64,000 nt of DNA from an uncultured Gammaproteobacteria bacterium (lineage in GTDB: Bacteria > Patescibacteriota > Microgenomatia > UBA10105 > UBA927). The notes under the pieces were generated by a model. The model was not told the DNA's origin and searched no databases. It saw nothing but the letters and a program-made list of their open reading frames with translations. Location: assembly GCA_964349125.1 (NCBI GenBank), contig CAYGFH010000001.1, forward strand, positions 772,801 to 836,800, read 5' to 3'. The position numbers and the translations under genes were made by a program. This document shows positions 10,588 to 20,427 of the stretch, one piece after another (within the stretch, counting starts at the first letter, position 1; every line of letters starts with the position of its first letter).

Positions 10588-10917
10588 ATGGCAGAAACCA
10601 AAGGAAATGAAAATTTAATGGCAGCAGCATCCTATCTACTCGGATTTATTACGGGTGTGATATTTTTACTTGTTGAAAAACAAAGTAAATTCGTGCGATT
10701 TCATGCAATGCAATCAACAGTGTTGTTTGGTGGCATTTTTATCATAAATATCGCGCTTGGATTTATCCCAATTTTGGGGTGGCTTGCTGGGCTACTTTTA
10801 TCGCTCACAGCATTTATCTTGTGGATTGTATGTATGTGGAAAGCATTCCAGGGAGAAATGTATAAAGCACCAGTTGTTGGAGATATTGCAGAAAAACAAT
10901 TGGCAAAAATGAAGTAG
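10588..10917 (+). CDS. DUF4870-like small membrane protein
   Basis: AAASYL..FITG...L..K...FVRFHA.QS signature. Strong RBS AGGAGGTG. Confidence 0.6.
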   Translation: MAETKGNENLMAAASYLLGFITGVIFLLVEKQSKFVRFHAMQSTVLFGGIFIINIALGFIPILGWLAGLLLSLTAFILWIVCMWKAFQGEMYKAPVVGDIAEKQLAKMK

Positions 10918-11100
10918 CAAAACACACGTGATAGAACCATGATACGTTCGAGTACTCATCATGCGCCTGTCACGTGTTGTCGTTTATTTCAGATTAACAG
11001 GGTGTTTTTATGGTATATATAGTCGTCTAAAATAGGGACAGTGCGATTTTGTATCTATACTAGGCATATGTGGTACTATTAATCGAAAGGTAGGTGTCAT

Positions 11101-11691
11101 ATGAAAATGATCGTAGGACTCGGAAATCCAGGGGTAGACTATGAAGATACGCGCCATAATATAGGATTTATGGTGATAGATAAATTAGCACGGGAAATAG
11201 GTCGTGATGGCCTAGCTTGGAAGCAGGATGATAAACGAATGGCCTACGTGGCAAAAATAGGTGATGTACTGCTGGTAAAGCCCGTTACCTTTATGAATAA
11301 TTCCGGCGAAGCGGTCAAAAAACTCATGGATTTTTATAAAATCGATTCATCTGATATTTGGGTCATCCACGACGATCTTGATCTGCCAATCGGAAAAATC
11401 CGTATCCGTGAAAGAGGCGGAACGGCAGGTCATAATGGTGTCGAATCGATTATGAATCATGTGGGAACCGATAAATTTTTGCGATTTAGACTAGGAATTG
11501 GGAGAGGCAAGGAAGATATAAAAAAAGGCACAGATCAAAATATGGGTCACAGAAATGTCGTGACGTTCGTGTTGTCACGGTTTACTCAGTCAGAGGCGGG
11601 GGCGCTAAAAAAGTTAATTAAGTATGCCGTTGAAGCAGTACGGATCGCCCTGGTTGAGGGAATAGATAAGACTATGAATAGGTTTAATTAA
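11101..11691 (+). CDS. pth: peptidyl-tRNA hydrolase
   Basis: IVGLGNPG..Y..TRHNIGF N-terminal signature. Confidence 0.9.
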   Translation: MKMIVGLGNPGVDYEDTRHNIGFMVIDKLAREIGRDGLAWKQDDKRMAYVAKIGDVLLVKPVTFMNNSGEAVKKLMDFYKIDSSDIWVIHDDLDLPIGKIRIRERGGTAGHNGVESIMNHVGTDKFLRFRLGIGRGKEDIKKGTDQNMGHRNVVTFVLSRFTQSEAGALKKLIKYAVEAVRIALVEGIDKTMNRFN

Positions 11692-11830
11692 CAATCGGAT
11701 TGTCATCCCGACTTGATCGGGGGCCAATTTTCTCATGGGTCCTTTTACATTAGATTCTCGCCTTGGTTCGATAAGCTCACCATCCTGGTGTATCGAAGGA
11801 TCTCGGGACTGTCAGGAATAGCTAAATAGT

Positions 11831-12112
11831 ATGCAAAAAAAATCATCTGATATACAAAGCATTGGTCAAATATTGCTGAAATTCAATCCGGTTGAAGACA
11901 AATACATATCTAGGGAATTTCAGTCATACGGTATTTATCTCTCGGAACAACTGGGGGATTATAAACATAAATCGCTCTATATACGGCTTGCGAAAACCGT
12001 CCCCAGAGCCGTTCTGGAAAAAGCGATGTCATTCGTGAAAGATGCCAATGCCAACAGCAAACCGAAGTTGTTTATGTGGAAAATGAAAAAATTGAAAAAT
12101 GGAGAAGAGTGA
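11831..12112 (+). CDS. hypothetical protein
   Basis: ORF only. Lys-rich. Confidence 0.4.
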   Translation: MQKKSSDIQSIGQILLKFNPVEDKYISREFQSYGIYLSEQLGDYKHKSLYIRLAKTVPRAVLEKAMSFVKDANANSKPKLFMWKMKKLKNGEE

Positions 12113-12632
12113 TGTATCACGGATAATTTTACAATATTCAATTTACAAATTACAATTGATACACATGACTATAGAAAAGATACGGGAAATTATCAGGCGA
12201 AAACCAACGTTCTTCATTATTGCTTCATTGATTTACCTCCTTGCTGTCGCAGTACTGAAATGGACTATTCAGCCGACTATCGATACGATTCTGTTTATAG
12301 TAGGTGGTCTGATAGGTGTATTCTTTCTGGATATTGCTGAAGTATTCTTTAATTTAAATCCATCTCCATTCCGAGGAATAGTCTTTTTTGCGGCATTCGT
12401 CGTTGTCTGCTTCTTTATTGTGACGTCGTCAGGAAGTGCGCTTGCTGGTGGGCTGGTATTGTCTTTATATCTCACGATCGTGTTATGGCAAATAGGGCAA
12501 TGGAGGTTGTCGGGTGATCTCTCAAGTTGGTATTCGATGATTGCTGTCCCTGTCGATTTGCTCACGCAAAAACGTATCCTGATTATCACTGTCGCTGTAT
12601 TTTTCTTTTTAACATTTTTATTTGTCAGATAA
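12099..12632 (+). CDS. hypothetical polytopic membrane protein
   Basis: Four or five hydrophobic helices. Confidence 0.5.
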   Translation: MEKSDVSRIILQYSIYKLQLIHMTIEKIREIIRRKPTFFIIASLIYLLAVAVLKWTIQPTIDTILFIVGGLIGVFFLDIAEVFFNLNPSPFRGIVFFAAFVVVCFFIVTSSGSALAGGLVLSLYLTIVLWQIGQWRLSGDLSSWYSMIAVPVDLLTQKRILIITVAVFFFLTFLFVR

Positions 12633-12644
12633 CACGGTTCATAC

Positions 12645-13142
12645 ATGAAAATATTACCCGGATCACCGTTGTGGAACTATCTCTCTGAACCAAAGCGAGT
12701 ATTGGCAGGGGATGGGAGTTTTCTTATTCAGGATAGCATGAACCACATCGATCAGGAGCCAACAGATTACTCGTATCTTGTCTTCCCATTTGCAAAATTA
12801 TATGAGGGATTCTTAAAAGATTTATTCCTGGATTTAGATATCATAGAGCGCAGAGACTATGAGAGCGATCATTACCGGATAGGAAAAGCATTGAGCCCAA
12901 ACTTAGCACGAAAACTGGGACGACGTAGCGCCTACTTGCAGATTGAGAATCGGTTCGGAAAAGACTTAGCCACCAGACTTTGGCACACATGGAAAAATGG
13001 ACGTAACTTGGTATTCCACTATTTCCCTCATAATTACAGGGCGCTAACGTTGGAGCAGGCGAAGCGGCTTGTGGAGCAACTTGTAGAGACAATGGATCAG
13101 GCGGTGAGAGACACGCAGGTTATTCGTGGAAATAGAGATTGA
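12645..13142 (+). CDS. hypothetical protein
   Basis: ORF of typical composition. No motif recognised. Confidence 0.5.
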   Translation: MKILPGSPLWNYLSEPKRVLAGDGSFLIQDSMNHIDQEPTDYSYLVFPFAKLYEGFLKDLFLDLDIIERRDYESDHYRIGKALSPNLARKLGRRSAYLQIENRFGKDLATRLWHTWKNGRNLVFHYFPHNYRALTLEQAKRLVEQLVETMDQAVRDTQVIRGNRD

Positions 13143-13182
13143 CACTACTTGCCATTGGCAGAGAAACCTATTATTGTAGTAA

Positions 13183-13860
13183 TTGATGGCAAAACAATCG
13201 AAAACAGTCCCACCGGAAGTACTCCCACTCGTTTCAGTGTATAGGACCTGGGCATGGGTTCTCTTAATTTGGAGCTTGTATCGATATTTTTTACGTCTAC
13301 CTGAATGGTTCGACGAATTTGTCGCAAAACCGCTCGTGTTTATCGGCCCTGTGCTTTGGTATTTGAAAAATAAAGAGCATCGCACTCTTGAGTCCGTAGG
13401 ACTCACCACAAAAAATATATTTAACAGTATCTATGTAGGTCTTGCATTTGGAATGATTTTTGCCATAGAGGGGATAGCCGCTCACGCGATGAAATATGGA
13501 AAGCTTGATGTGACTCCTATCGCAGCATTTAAAGAGTATGGATTTTTTCTGATTGTTGTGTCTCTTGCAACTGCCATCTCTGAAGAGATACTCAGCAGAG
13601 GCTTTGTGTTTAGTCGTATATATGAAAAAACAAAAAACTTGCCGTACAGCGCGTTCATGGGATCTATCCTTTTCATCCTGCTTCATGTCCCTATCCTGGT
13701 AACATCAAATCATTTGACCGGGACGACGCTTATCCTGTTTTTTGTCACTGATTTTGTATTGGCATTTGCAAACAGTATGTTATTTGCCTCTACGGGTTCT
13801 CTCATTGCTCCGATTTTGGTTCACGTGTTCTGGAATATGACCGTTGCTCTCTACCTGTAA
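13183..13860 (+). CDS. CPBP family intramembrane metalloprotease (CAAX protease-like)
   Basis: Motifs EEILSRGF, FILLHV and HVFWN (EExxxR / FxxxH / HxxxN). Confidence 0.75.
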   Translation: MMAKQSKTVPPEVLPLVSVYRTWAWVLLIWSLYRYFLRLPEWFDEFVAKPLVFIGPVLWYLKNKEHRTLESVGLTTKNIFNSIYVGLAFGMIFAIEGIAAHAMKYGKLDVTPIAAFKEYGFFLIVVSLATAISEEILSRGFVFSRIYEKTKNLPYSAFMGSILFILLHVPILVTSNHLTGTTLILFFVTDFVLAFANSMLFASTGSLIAPILVHVFWNMTVALYL

Positions 13861-13880
13861 CGTGCGTCACGCACGAGAAA

Positions 13881-13906
13881 CCCCGTCACGCGGACGGGGT
13901 TTTCTT
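13881..13906. terminator. bidirectional rho-independent terminator between convergent genes
   Basis: CCCCGTC-acgcg-GACGGGG stem followed by TTTTCTT. Confidence 0.7.
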
Positions 13907-13926
13907 CATCAAACATTCGCGAATGC

Positions 13927-14268
13927 TTAATATTCTTCTGACATACCCATCATTCCGACTCCTTTGCCGGATATAACAGAGCCACCTTCCATCATCATTT
14001 TGCCTTTATCCATGAGTTCCTTATCGTTATACTTCTTGCCTCTCTCTTCCATGATTCTTCCGGCGTCTTCCATCATCATTCCCTTTTCTTTCATCATAAC
14101 GGATGCTTCTTTGAGAGAAACCATCTGTGGTGATGCGGCACCTTTACCAATGTAATATCCTACCAGTCCGCCAAAAATTGCCATTACCAGAAGTACGGTG
14201 ACACTCATCGTATCAAATGGGGTTTTTTCTTTTGGCGCTATTCGTTTAACAGCTTTGCTTTTTGCCAT
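13927..14268 (-). CDS. membrane-anchored Met-rich protein
   Basis: N-terminal TM. Repeated Met clusters (MMKEKGMMMED, KGKMMMEGG, GVGMMGM). Confidence 0.5.
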   Translation of the reverse strand: MAKSKAVKRIAPKEKTPFDTMSVTVLLVMAIFGGLVGYYIGKGAASPQMVSLKEASVMMKEKGMMMEDAGRIMEERGKKYNDKELMDKGKMMMEGGSVISGKGVGMMGMSEEY

Positions 14269-14359
14269 GTTCGTGTCACCTCCTTCCTAAGAGCAGTAGT
14301 ATATAGATCATGATAGACTGTAAGAATAGTGATGCGCAAGTAGGATACAGGGATGCGGT

Positions 14360-14569
14360 ATGTGTATAAATATTCCACAAACTGTGGTACATATAGAAGA
14401 TAAGAAAGCAACAATGTCGGACGGACGAATAGTTCGGATATCCTTGGTGCCTGACGTTCAGGTAGGGGATTGTTTGGAAGTGTATGGTGACATTGCACTT
14501 GCTAAATTAGATAATGTACATCACACGCATACAGGTGTACCCAAGTATAAAAAAAGGAGAACAACATGA
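14360..14569 (+). CDS. hypC: hydrogenase maturation factor HypC/HupF family
   Basis: Starts MCINIP (MC[LI].[IV]P). VGD..LVH-like block VGDCLEVYGDIA. Confidence 0.7.
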   Translation: MCINIPQTVVHIEDKKATMSDGRIVRISLVPDVQVGDCLEVYGDIALAKLDNVHHTHTGVPKYKKRRTT

Positions 14570-15453
14570 AAAAAGGAATTCAATTGGCCATATTAACAGC
14601 GGGGATTTCAGGCGTATCCATATTTGCAAATGGCATATTCGTTAGTCGCACGGATCCACTCGTGTTTGCGTTTGTCCGCAACGTTGTCGTACTTGTATTC
14701 TTAAGTATTTGGATGGGTATCAGCTCACAGGTCTCACATGTACGGGCATTAACCGCGAAACAGTGGGGGATGTTGGTTCTGATAGGCGTAGTTGGAGGCG
14801 GAATTCCCTTTGCACTTTTTTTCAGGGGATTAGCTGAAATTGGTGCAGTGAATGGGAATATTATACAAAAAACACTGTTTATATGGGTCGCACTTATGGC
14901 GGTACCGTTACTGGGCGAGAGAATACATCGGATGCAAAGCATAGGATATGCGTTGCTACTCGCCGGTATGTTTTATTTTGGCGGCGGAATCGCTGTAGTT
15001 CCTAAAACGGGAACCTGGCTTGTCCTTGGCGCAACAGTGTTATGGGCAGTTGAACAGATTATCGCTAAGCGTACCCTGACCCATGTTCCTCCTGTCATCG
15101 TTGCCTGGGGAAGAATGTTGTTTGGTGTCCCTATGCTTTTCGCCGCAATTGGTGTTCTTGGGAAAATTGGTCTATTGAGTCAACAGCCTACGTACGCAGT
15201 TGTACCACTCACGGTGAGTGCTGTACTTCTCACTCTGTATATGACCACGTGGTATAGCGCTCTAAAAACAGCTCCTGCAGTGCTTGTTTCATCGGTTTTG
15301 GTATCAGCGCCTGTGGTTACAGCGCTGTTAACACGATTTGTGCTTCAAAAACCCTTTAAGGAGGGTCAAATGGTATCTCTCACATTGCTCGTGGTTGGCG
15401 TGCTCTTCATCCTTGGTGAGTACATAAAACGATCAAAAACAAAACAGGCATGA
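14566..15453 (+). CDS. EamA/DMT family transporter
   Basis: Ten TM helices with a duplicated EamA-like architecture. Confidence 0.65.
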   Translation: MKKGIQLAILTAGISGVSIFANGIFVSRTDPLVFAFVRNVVVLVFLSIWMGISSQVSHVRALTAKQWGMLVLIGVVGGGIPFALFFRGLAEIGAVNGNIIQKTLFIWVALMAVPLLGERIHRMQSIGYALLLAGMFYFGGGIAVVPKTGTWLVLGATVLWAVEQIIAKRTLTHVPPVIVAWGRMLFGVPMLFAAIGVLGKIGLLSQQPTYAVVPLTVSAVLLTLYMTTWYSALKTAPAVLVSSVLVSAPVVTALLTRFVLQKPFKEGQMVSLTLLVVGVLFILGEYIKRSKTKQA

Positions 15454-16190
15454 ATGCTGACGCTGGCATTGTCATGTGCAGCAAGTACGCGTTTGCTCCG
15501 AATATATATCATTACTGTGGTCCCGAAAAACAGTCTGATTTACTCGGATATGTACAGGAAGGACACTCCGATAAGGGACTTGTCGAGATACTTTCACAGT
15601 TTGAGACACTGTATAACTACCTCGTGCTCATCGCATCAGAAAATCATATACCCAATCCATTTGACGCACGTGTGGTAGAGGCGTATTGGTTGGGAAATCA
15701 GTTAACCACGAAAGTAAAAACATCCTCACTGCTACGGATGGTGGACGAAGAATTACTGATTCTGAAAAAGCTACCCATAGGTGCATTTCCACATATTGCA
15801 CAGTCGCTTGTGAGTCACGGACTACCTACCCATACTGACCACGTAGTATCTGTTTTTATCCGCACCGGGCACCATGCCATTGCCCATACAATATCTACGA
15901 TGGATCAATGCCGTATTAGCTGGGGAAAAGTGGTACAAAAAACAGAAGAACAATCAATGACCCACGATCAATGGATAGTAAAAATGCGACATCTGGAATA
16001 TAAGGGAGAAAAACTGTCTCTTGGTGTCCCCATTGAAACAATTGTAACTGGTACTGGTATATCGCTCCAACCTGGGGATTGGGTAAGTACTCATTGGGGA
16101 TATATATGTGACAAACTAACACCCTCCCAAGTACGAAATGTAGCTGTGTACACACGGCGAGCGCTCATGTATGCTGCAAATCAGATATGA
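15450..16190 (+). CDS. hypothetical protein, possibly hydrogenase-associated
   Basis: Lies between hypC/eamA and the endopeptidase gene. No motif recognised. Confidence 0.45.
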   Translation: MNADAGIVMCSKYAFAPNIYHYCGPEKQSDLLGYVQEGHSDKGLVEILSQFETLYNYLVLIASENHIPNPFDARVVEAYWLGNQLTTKVKTSSLLRMVDEELLILKKLPIGAFPHIAQSLVSHGLPTHTDHVVSVFIRTGHHAIAHTISTMDQCRISWGKVVQKTEEQSMTHDQWIVKMRHLEYKGEKLSLGVPIETIVTGTGISLQPGDWVSTHWGYICDKLTPSQVRNVAVYTRRALMYAANQI

Positions 16191-16576
16191 GTATCTATTG
16201 TTTTGGAAACACAATTGATTCCGGTGATTATATCCCTGTGCAGCTGATTCCTATACTCCGAAAAGAATTTCCTGCGGTATCGGTCATACATTTGGATCCA
16301 TCAGAGAATTTTATACCCGAACATGCAAGCGTGCTCATCGATTCTGTAGAGGGTGCTTCTACTGTACAGATGTTTTCGGATATAGATGCATTTGTCATTA
16401 CCAAAAGTGTGTCCGTACATGATTACGATCTGGGTCTCCATCTTCAACTCTTAAAAAAACTTCATAAACTGCCGAAAATACGTATTATCGCAGTACCCAG
16501 ATATTCCTCAATTATGCAGGTGAGGAATGAAGTGATAGCCCTGCTACGCAGCATTCTACATGAGGAAGGTAAATAG
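16187..16576 (+). CDS. hydrogenase maturation endopeptidase (HyaD/HycI family)
   Basis: Blocks CFGN..D.GDYIP, IDSVEG, DIDAFVI and SVHDYDLGLHLQLL are colinear with HybD/HycI. Confidence 0.6.
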   Translation: MSIYCFGNTIDSGDYIPVQLIPILRKEFPAVSVIHLDPSENFIPEHASVLIDSVEGASTVQMFSDIDAFVITKSVSVHDYDLGLHLQLLKKLHKLPKIRIIAVPRYSSIMQVRNEVIALLRSILHEEGK

Positions 16577-17812
16577 CAAAGTCAGAAGCGACGCGATAGA
16601 TATACAGACTGTTCCCAGTATGGCAATATTTTTTTGAAATGGCTTGTTTGCATGTTCGCCCATGATATCTTTACTGTTGGTCAGACGGATAAGGTAATAG
16701 AAGATAAACGGCAACATCATAGCATTAAACCCCTGTGAGAACACCGCTAAGCTTAATAACGATACTGAGGGGATAAGCACAATCACGCCTGCAATAATGA
16801 GTTGTACAACAAAGATGGTATAGAAGGCGCGACCGCGATTAAACGAGGCATCCAAGCTTCCTGTGAGGCCGAAGAATTCCGCAAACGCATACGCTGTGGA
16901 AAGCGTCACTGTAATAATACCCATAAATCCGGCATTTAATACGCCAATTGCAAATAATATCATTGCTATATCTCCTGCAAACGGCTTGATGGCAAGGGCG
17001 GCCTGCTCGCTGGATACCATAGGTATATTATGTGTGAACAGTGTGGCGGCAGTGGCCACGATCATAAAAAATGAAAAAAAGTTCGTGATAAACGCTCCAA
17101 TATATGTTTCAATCTGGGAGTATTTCAATCTGTTCGTTTCTATTTTCTTGTCAAACGCGAAACTGCTGATAAAAAACTGTCCCCAGGGCGTAATTGTGGT
17201 TCCCAATACACCGAGCCCGATCATGATGTAGTTACGCAGATAGTCTGCGGTTATCGGAACGCCGTGGGGGACGATGAGGTTCGAAATTGCAGTTCCCCAA
17301 TCAGGTTTTGCTTTGAAAGCAGATATGATATATGCGATGTAAAATACGCTCACAACGAGCATAATGTTTTGGTTCACTTTATAATTCCCTTTTATAACAA
17401 CGATAAACGCTATACAAATAAGTGTAATAATGCTGACAAAAACCGGAATGTGAAATAATGTGCTCAGAATCTTTACCGCAGCCACATTGACTACAATTGT
17501 TCCCAAATTTGCCAAAAAAAGGCACGCAAAAATAAATATTGATACTTTAATGCCGTAATGTTCCCGTATGAGATCTCCAAGGCCTTTTCTCGTCACTATA
17601 GCAAGGCGAATACCCATTTCTTGGGTAATACCCAAAAGAAATGTAATGATGAATAGTACAAAGAGAATAGGGTACCCGAGTGTTGCACCGGCAGCTTGGT
17701 ATGTGGCCACGCCAGCCGCATCATTGTCAGCCATTGCTGTGATTGTCGCGGGGCCAAACACCGCGAGAAATAATAAAAATCGACGTTTGAAGAGTTTAAT
17801 AACTGGGTTCAT
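16556..17812 (-). CDS. mntH: Nramp family divalent metal transporter (MntH-like)
   Basis: GPATITAMADNDAAGVATYQAAGA matches the Nramp DPGN-region signature. About 11 TM helices. Confidence 0.75.
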   Translation of the reverse strand: MNPVIKLFKRRFLLFLAVFGPATITAMADNDAAGVATYQAAGATLGYPILFVLFIITFLLGITQEMGIRLAIVTRKGLGDLIREHYGIKVSIFIFACLFLANLGTIVVNVAAVKILSTLFHIPVFVSIITLICIAFIVVIKGNYKVNQNIMLVVSVFYIAYIISAFKAKPDWGTAISNLIVPHGVPITADYLRNYIMIGLGVLGTTITPWGQFFISSFAFDKKIETNRLKYSQIETYIGAFITNFFSFFMIVATAATLFTHNIPMVSSEQAALAIKPFAGDIAMILFAIGVLNAGFMGIITVTLSTAYAFAEFFGLTGSLDASFNRGRAFYTIFVVQLIIAGVIVLIPSVSLLSLAVFSQGFNAMMLPFIFYYLIRLTNSKDIMGEHANKPFQKNIAILGTVCISIASLLTLLFTFLM

Positions 17813-19020
17813 TGTATTTTTTTAAGGACAATTTCTGATACGTCATCTATCGTAATAATTCCCAATACTTTTTTTTCTCTATTTATCACAGGGATTGCAG
17901 ATATATTATATTTCAATAATTTATAGATGATCACTTCGACAGGGGTAGTAAGCAGGGCAACAATCGGCTCAGGCAACATAAATTTATACACAATGGCATC
18001 AGAATCCTGCATAAGCAGTTCGTGAGGGCTGAACACTCCGACTAATTGGTCATCCCTGTTCAAGACATATATAGCGCTAAATGAGGAGAAATCGTGAGTT
18101 TGTTTCTTTATTTCGCGAATGACTTCTTTTGCGGTGAAATTGCTTGGGACAGCAAAAAATTCACTGGTCATAAGCTTTCCGACCGGTGTTCTTGAGAATG
18201 TCATGAGTTGGTGAAGCTCCTGTTGTTTCTCTGTGGGTAGACGTTTCATGATTTTATCCCGTTTATTGCGGTCTAGCGCCAACAGGATATCAACAGCCTC
18301 ATCAGGATCAATGCAGTCTATTAGCTCAGCTCCTTTGGCGTGATCAAATCGTTGAAATACTTCTACCTGGTAATTCACTGTGAGACTTTCCAATACTTCC
18401 GCTGCTTTTTTAAGGTCCAGCGTGCTCACAAACTTATGGACATTATGAGCGTTTGTCATTTCAAGATAATCAGCCAGATCTTCTTCATGAATTTTTGCCA
18501 GCTTTTCGTCACGCTGTTTGATTTTGATCTGCCCGTGTTCTAGTTCGAGATTGAGCACATCACCCCACGATAACAACTGCATGGGCATGGGTGAATTCAA
18601 CAGTATTGCGAGACGTTGGATAACCCTCTCAATGCCTAATCGTCGCAGTATGCCCAGTATGCCAATGTCGATTCCTGAAATGGTAAGAAGCGGTTGATCC
18701 TGGATAACCACATCATTCACACGGACAACTTTATTTCCAACAAGATCGATTATTTGTTGATCAAGCAGAGTTTTTACAGCTGAAAGCTCATTGGTGGTTG
18801 TTTGCTGATGAAGAACGGGTTTTGTAATAGCTATGTGGTGATTCACGCGCCGTAAACTTGCTATACCGATGGTGTGTCTCGAATTATTTGCGTGAGTGAC
18901 GACTATTTTTGTAATCCGTGGAGTCTCCTCGTTTAGAAAAATGATATCTGACAAACGGCCATGTGGATGGTTGTTTTCTGAATGCACCGCTTTGCCAATA
19001 AGTTCTGAAAGAAATAACAT
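17809..19020 (-). CDS. cytosolic PRC-barrel + MgtE N-terminal + CBS-pair protein, no TM domain
   Basis: PRC-like N-terminus, MgtE_N helical domain and a tandem CBS pair (IYVLNRDDQLVGVFS, IPVINREKKVLGIITIDDV). Stop TGA overlaps the mntH ATG. Confidence 0.7.
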   Translation of the reverse strand: MLFLSELIGKAVHSENNHPHGRLSDIIFLNEETPRITKIVVTHANNSRHTIGIASLRRVNHHIAITKPVLHQQTTTNELSAVKTLLDQQIIDLVGNKVVRVNDVVIQDQPLLTISGIDIGILGILRRLGIERVIQRLAILLNSPMPMQLLSWGDVLNLELEHGQIKIKQRDEKLAKIHEEDLADYLEMTNAHNVHKFVSTLDLKKAAEVLESLTVNYQVEVFQRFDHAKGAELIDCIDPDEAVDILLALDRNKRDKIMKRLPTEKQQELHQLMTFSRTPVGKLMTSEFFAVPSNFTAKEVIREIKKQTHDFSSFSAIYVLNRDDQLVGVFSPHELLMQDSDAIVYKFMLPEPIVALLTTPVEVIIYKLLKYNISAIPVINREKKVLGIITIDDVSEIVLKKIQ

Positions 19021-19130
19021 GGCTCAAATCTCCCATACAGTTTACCCACATTCATTGTAGTTCTTCTTTTTTAGAAAGGGCAAGGGGGGAATAGAATGAA
19101 GTGTGCATCTCAGGTGCACAAATCACAACT

Positions 19131-20423
19131 TTAATTGTGAATTTTCAGTTTTAGGAAGTGTGTGGCACAGGACATGCACGGGTCATATGCACGGATAATT
19201 TTTTGAATCTCCAGCTCCAACTCTTCTTTGGTGAGACCCGTATTCTTTGACACCCAATCGGCAATAGCGATCTCAATGCCAATTTGATTTTGTCCCGTTG
19301 GAACGATAACTTTTGAATTTTTCACTTTCCCATCCACAGTCATTTCCACACGGTGAAAGAGCGTGCCACGGGGAGCTTCTATGATACCGATGCCGGTTGC
19401 TTCTTTTGGTGTATATGCCACCGGTGTCTCAGGCGTGCCAGTATATTGATGAATAAGCTCAATACTCGCATCTATGCTGTGAAGCATCTCTATAGCTTGA
19501 GCGAGATTATTGTGATAGATGTTTGTAGACGGAAACAGTGAGAGTGCAGAAGCCGCATCACGTTTTGTGTGATCATGGAGTGCATTTTTATTTAAGTTTA
19601 TCCGAGCAAGCGCTCCCACAAAATGAACATGGCCATCAAATAGATATCCGGTTGCATGAGAATAGGGGATATCCTGAGGATTCAAATGGGATTGGAATGC
19701 TTCAGGTGGAATCTTCACACCATCACTTGAAACAACTGTGCCATCTAAAAATGAAAAATCATCATTTATGGATGCGAGAAATTTGAGCTCCTGGTGGAGC
19801 GTAAACGTACAACGCTCAAATACTGAAATAAGGCGGAGTATCCTGGAGCGAATGTCCTCTAATTCAGGAAGAAGTGCCATGAGGCTTTCTTTTTTCGGGA
19901 TTTCATTGAACCCACCGACAGCGAGTAGTGGCGCATGGACTGCCCGTCCACCGGAAAGAACGCTGAGCTTATTCCCGACCTCTTTAACGGCAAAACAGTC
20001 ATGCACAAGCGCGTGCTCTTCTTCGTTTGTCTCATCGAAAGCAAGTATGGATTCCCGATTGTATAAGTCAGGAAGGACAAATACGTACAGATGGAGTCCA
20101 TGGTCCCTGATCATGAGTCCATAGTTGAGTAATTTCCGAAGTAAAGACGTCTGTGCGGAAGGAAGAATGGATAGACCATGTTCAACCGATGCGATACTTG
20201 CAAGTAAATGTGCATTGCTGCATGTGCCACAAATACGTGCCAGAAGGTGGGGAAGATTGGTCGCCGTTTTTCCTCTCACCGCCTCTTCAAAGAATCTCTG
20301 CATTTCCACAATTCCAAAGTGGCATTCTTCCAACACCCCGTTACGTATTTTTATATCCACTGAGGCTGTACCTTCTATTTTGGTTATTTCTTCAATTGTG
20401 AGATCTAGATTTTGATTGTGCAT
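19131..20423 (-). CDS. [NiFe]-hydrogenase large subunit, probably cytoplasmic group 3-like
   Basis: N-terminal RICGTCSNAH and C-terminal DPCMSCATH nickel-binding motifs. Start taken at MHNQ, 4 nt after the small-subunit stop; the ORF track extends it to 20537. Confidence 0.85.
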   Translation of the reverse strand: MHNQNLDLTIEEITKIEGTASVDIKIRNGVLEECHFGIVEMQRFFEEAVRGKTATNLPHLLARICGTCSNAHLLASIASVEHGLSILPSAQTSLLRKLLNYGLMIRDHGLHLYVFVLPDLYNRESILAFDETNEEEHALVHDCFAVKEVGNKLSVLSGGRAVHAPLLAVGGFNEIPKKESLMALLPELEDIRSRILRLISVFERCTFTLHQELKFLASINDDFSFLDGTVVSSDGVKIPPEAFQSHLNPQDIPYSHATGYLFDGHVHFVGALARINLNKNALHDHTKRDAASALSLFPSTNIYHNNLAQAIEMLHSIDASIELIHQYTGTPETPVAYTPKEATGIGIIEAPRGTLFHRVEMTVDGKVKNSKVIVPTGQNQIGIEIAIADWVSKNTGLTKEELELEIQKIIRAYDPCMSCATHFLKLKIHN

Positions 20424-20427
20424 AGAT

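Noticed and set aside
10918-10990. CACGTG-containing inverted repeats (10924-10935, 10966-10977; also 23985-23996)
   Set aside because: The E-box-like palindromes are short. Three occurrences in 64 kb is close to chance, and no regulator can be linked.
11692-11830. tRNA-like fragment GGTTCGATAAGCTCACCATCC
   Set aside because: Only a T-arm-like stretch is present. No acceptor or anticodon stems can be folded.
20125-20415. Plus-strand ORFs antisense to the hydrogenase large subunit (19738-20124, 20125-20415, 20153-20401)
   Set aside because: The hydrogenase motifs are unambiguous on the minus strand. These frames are compositional artefacts.
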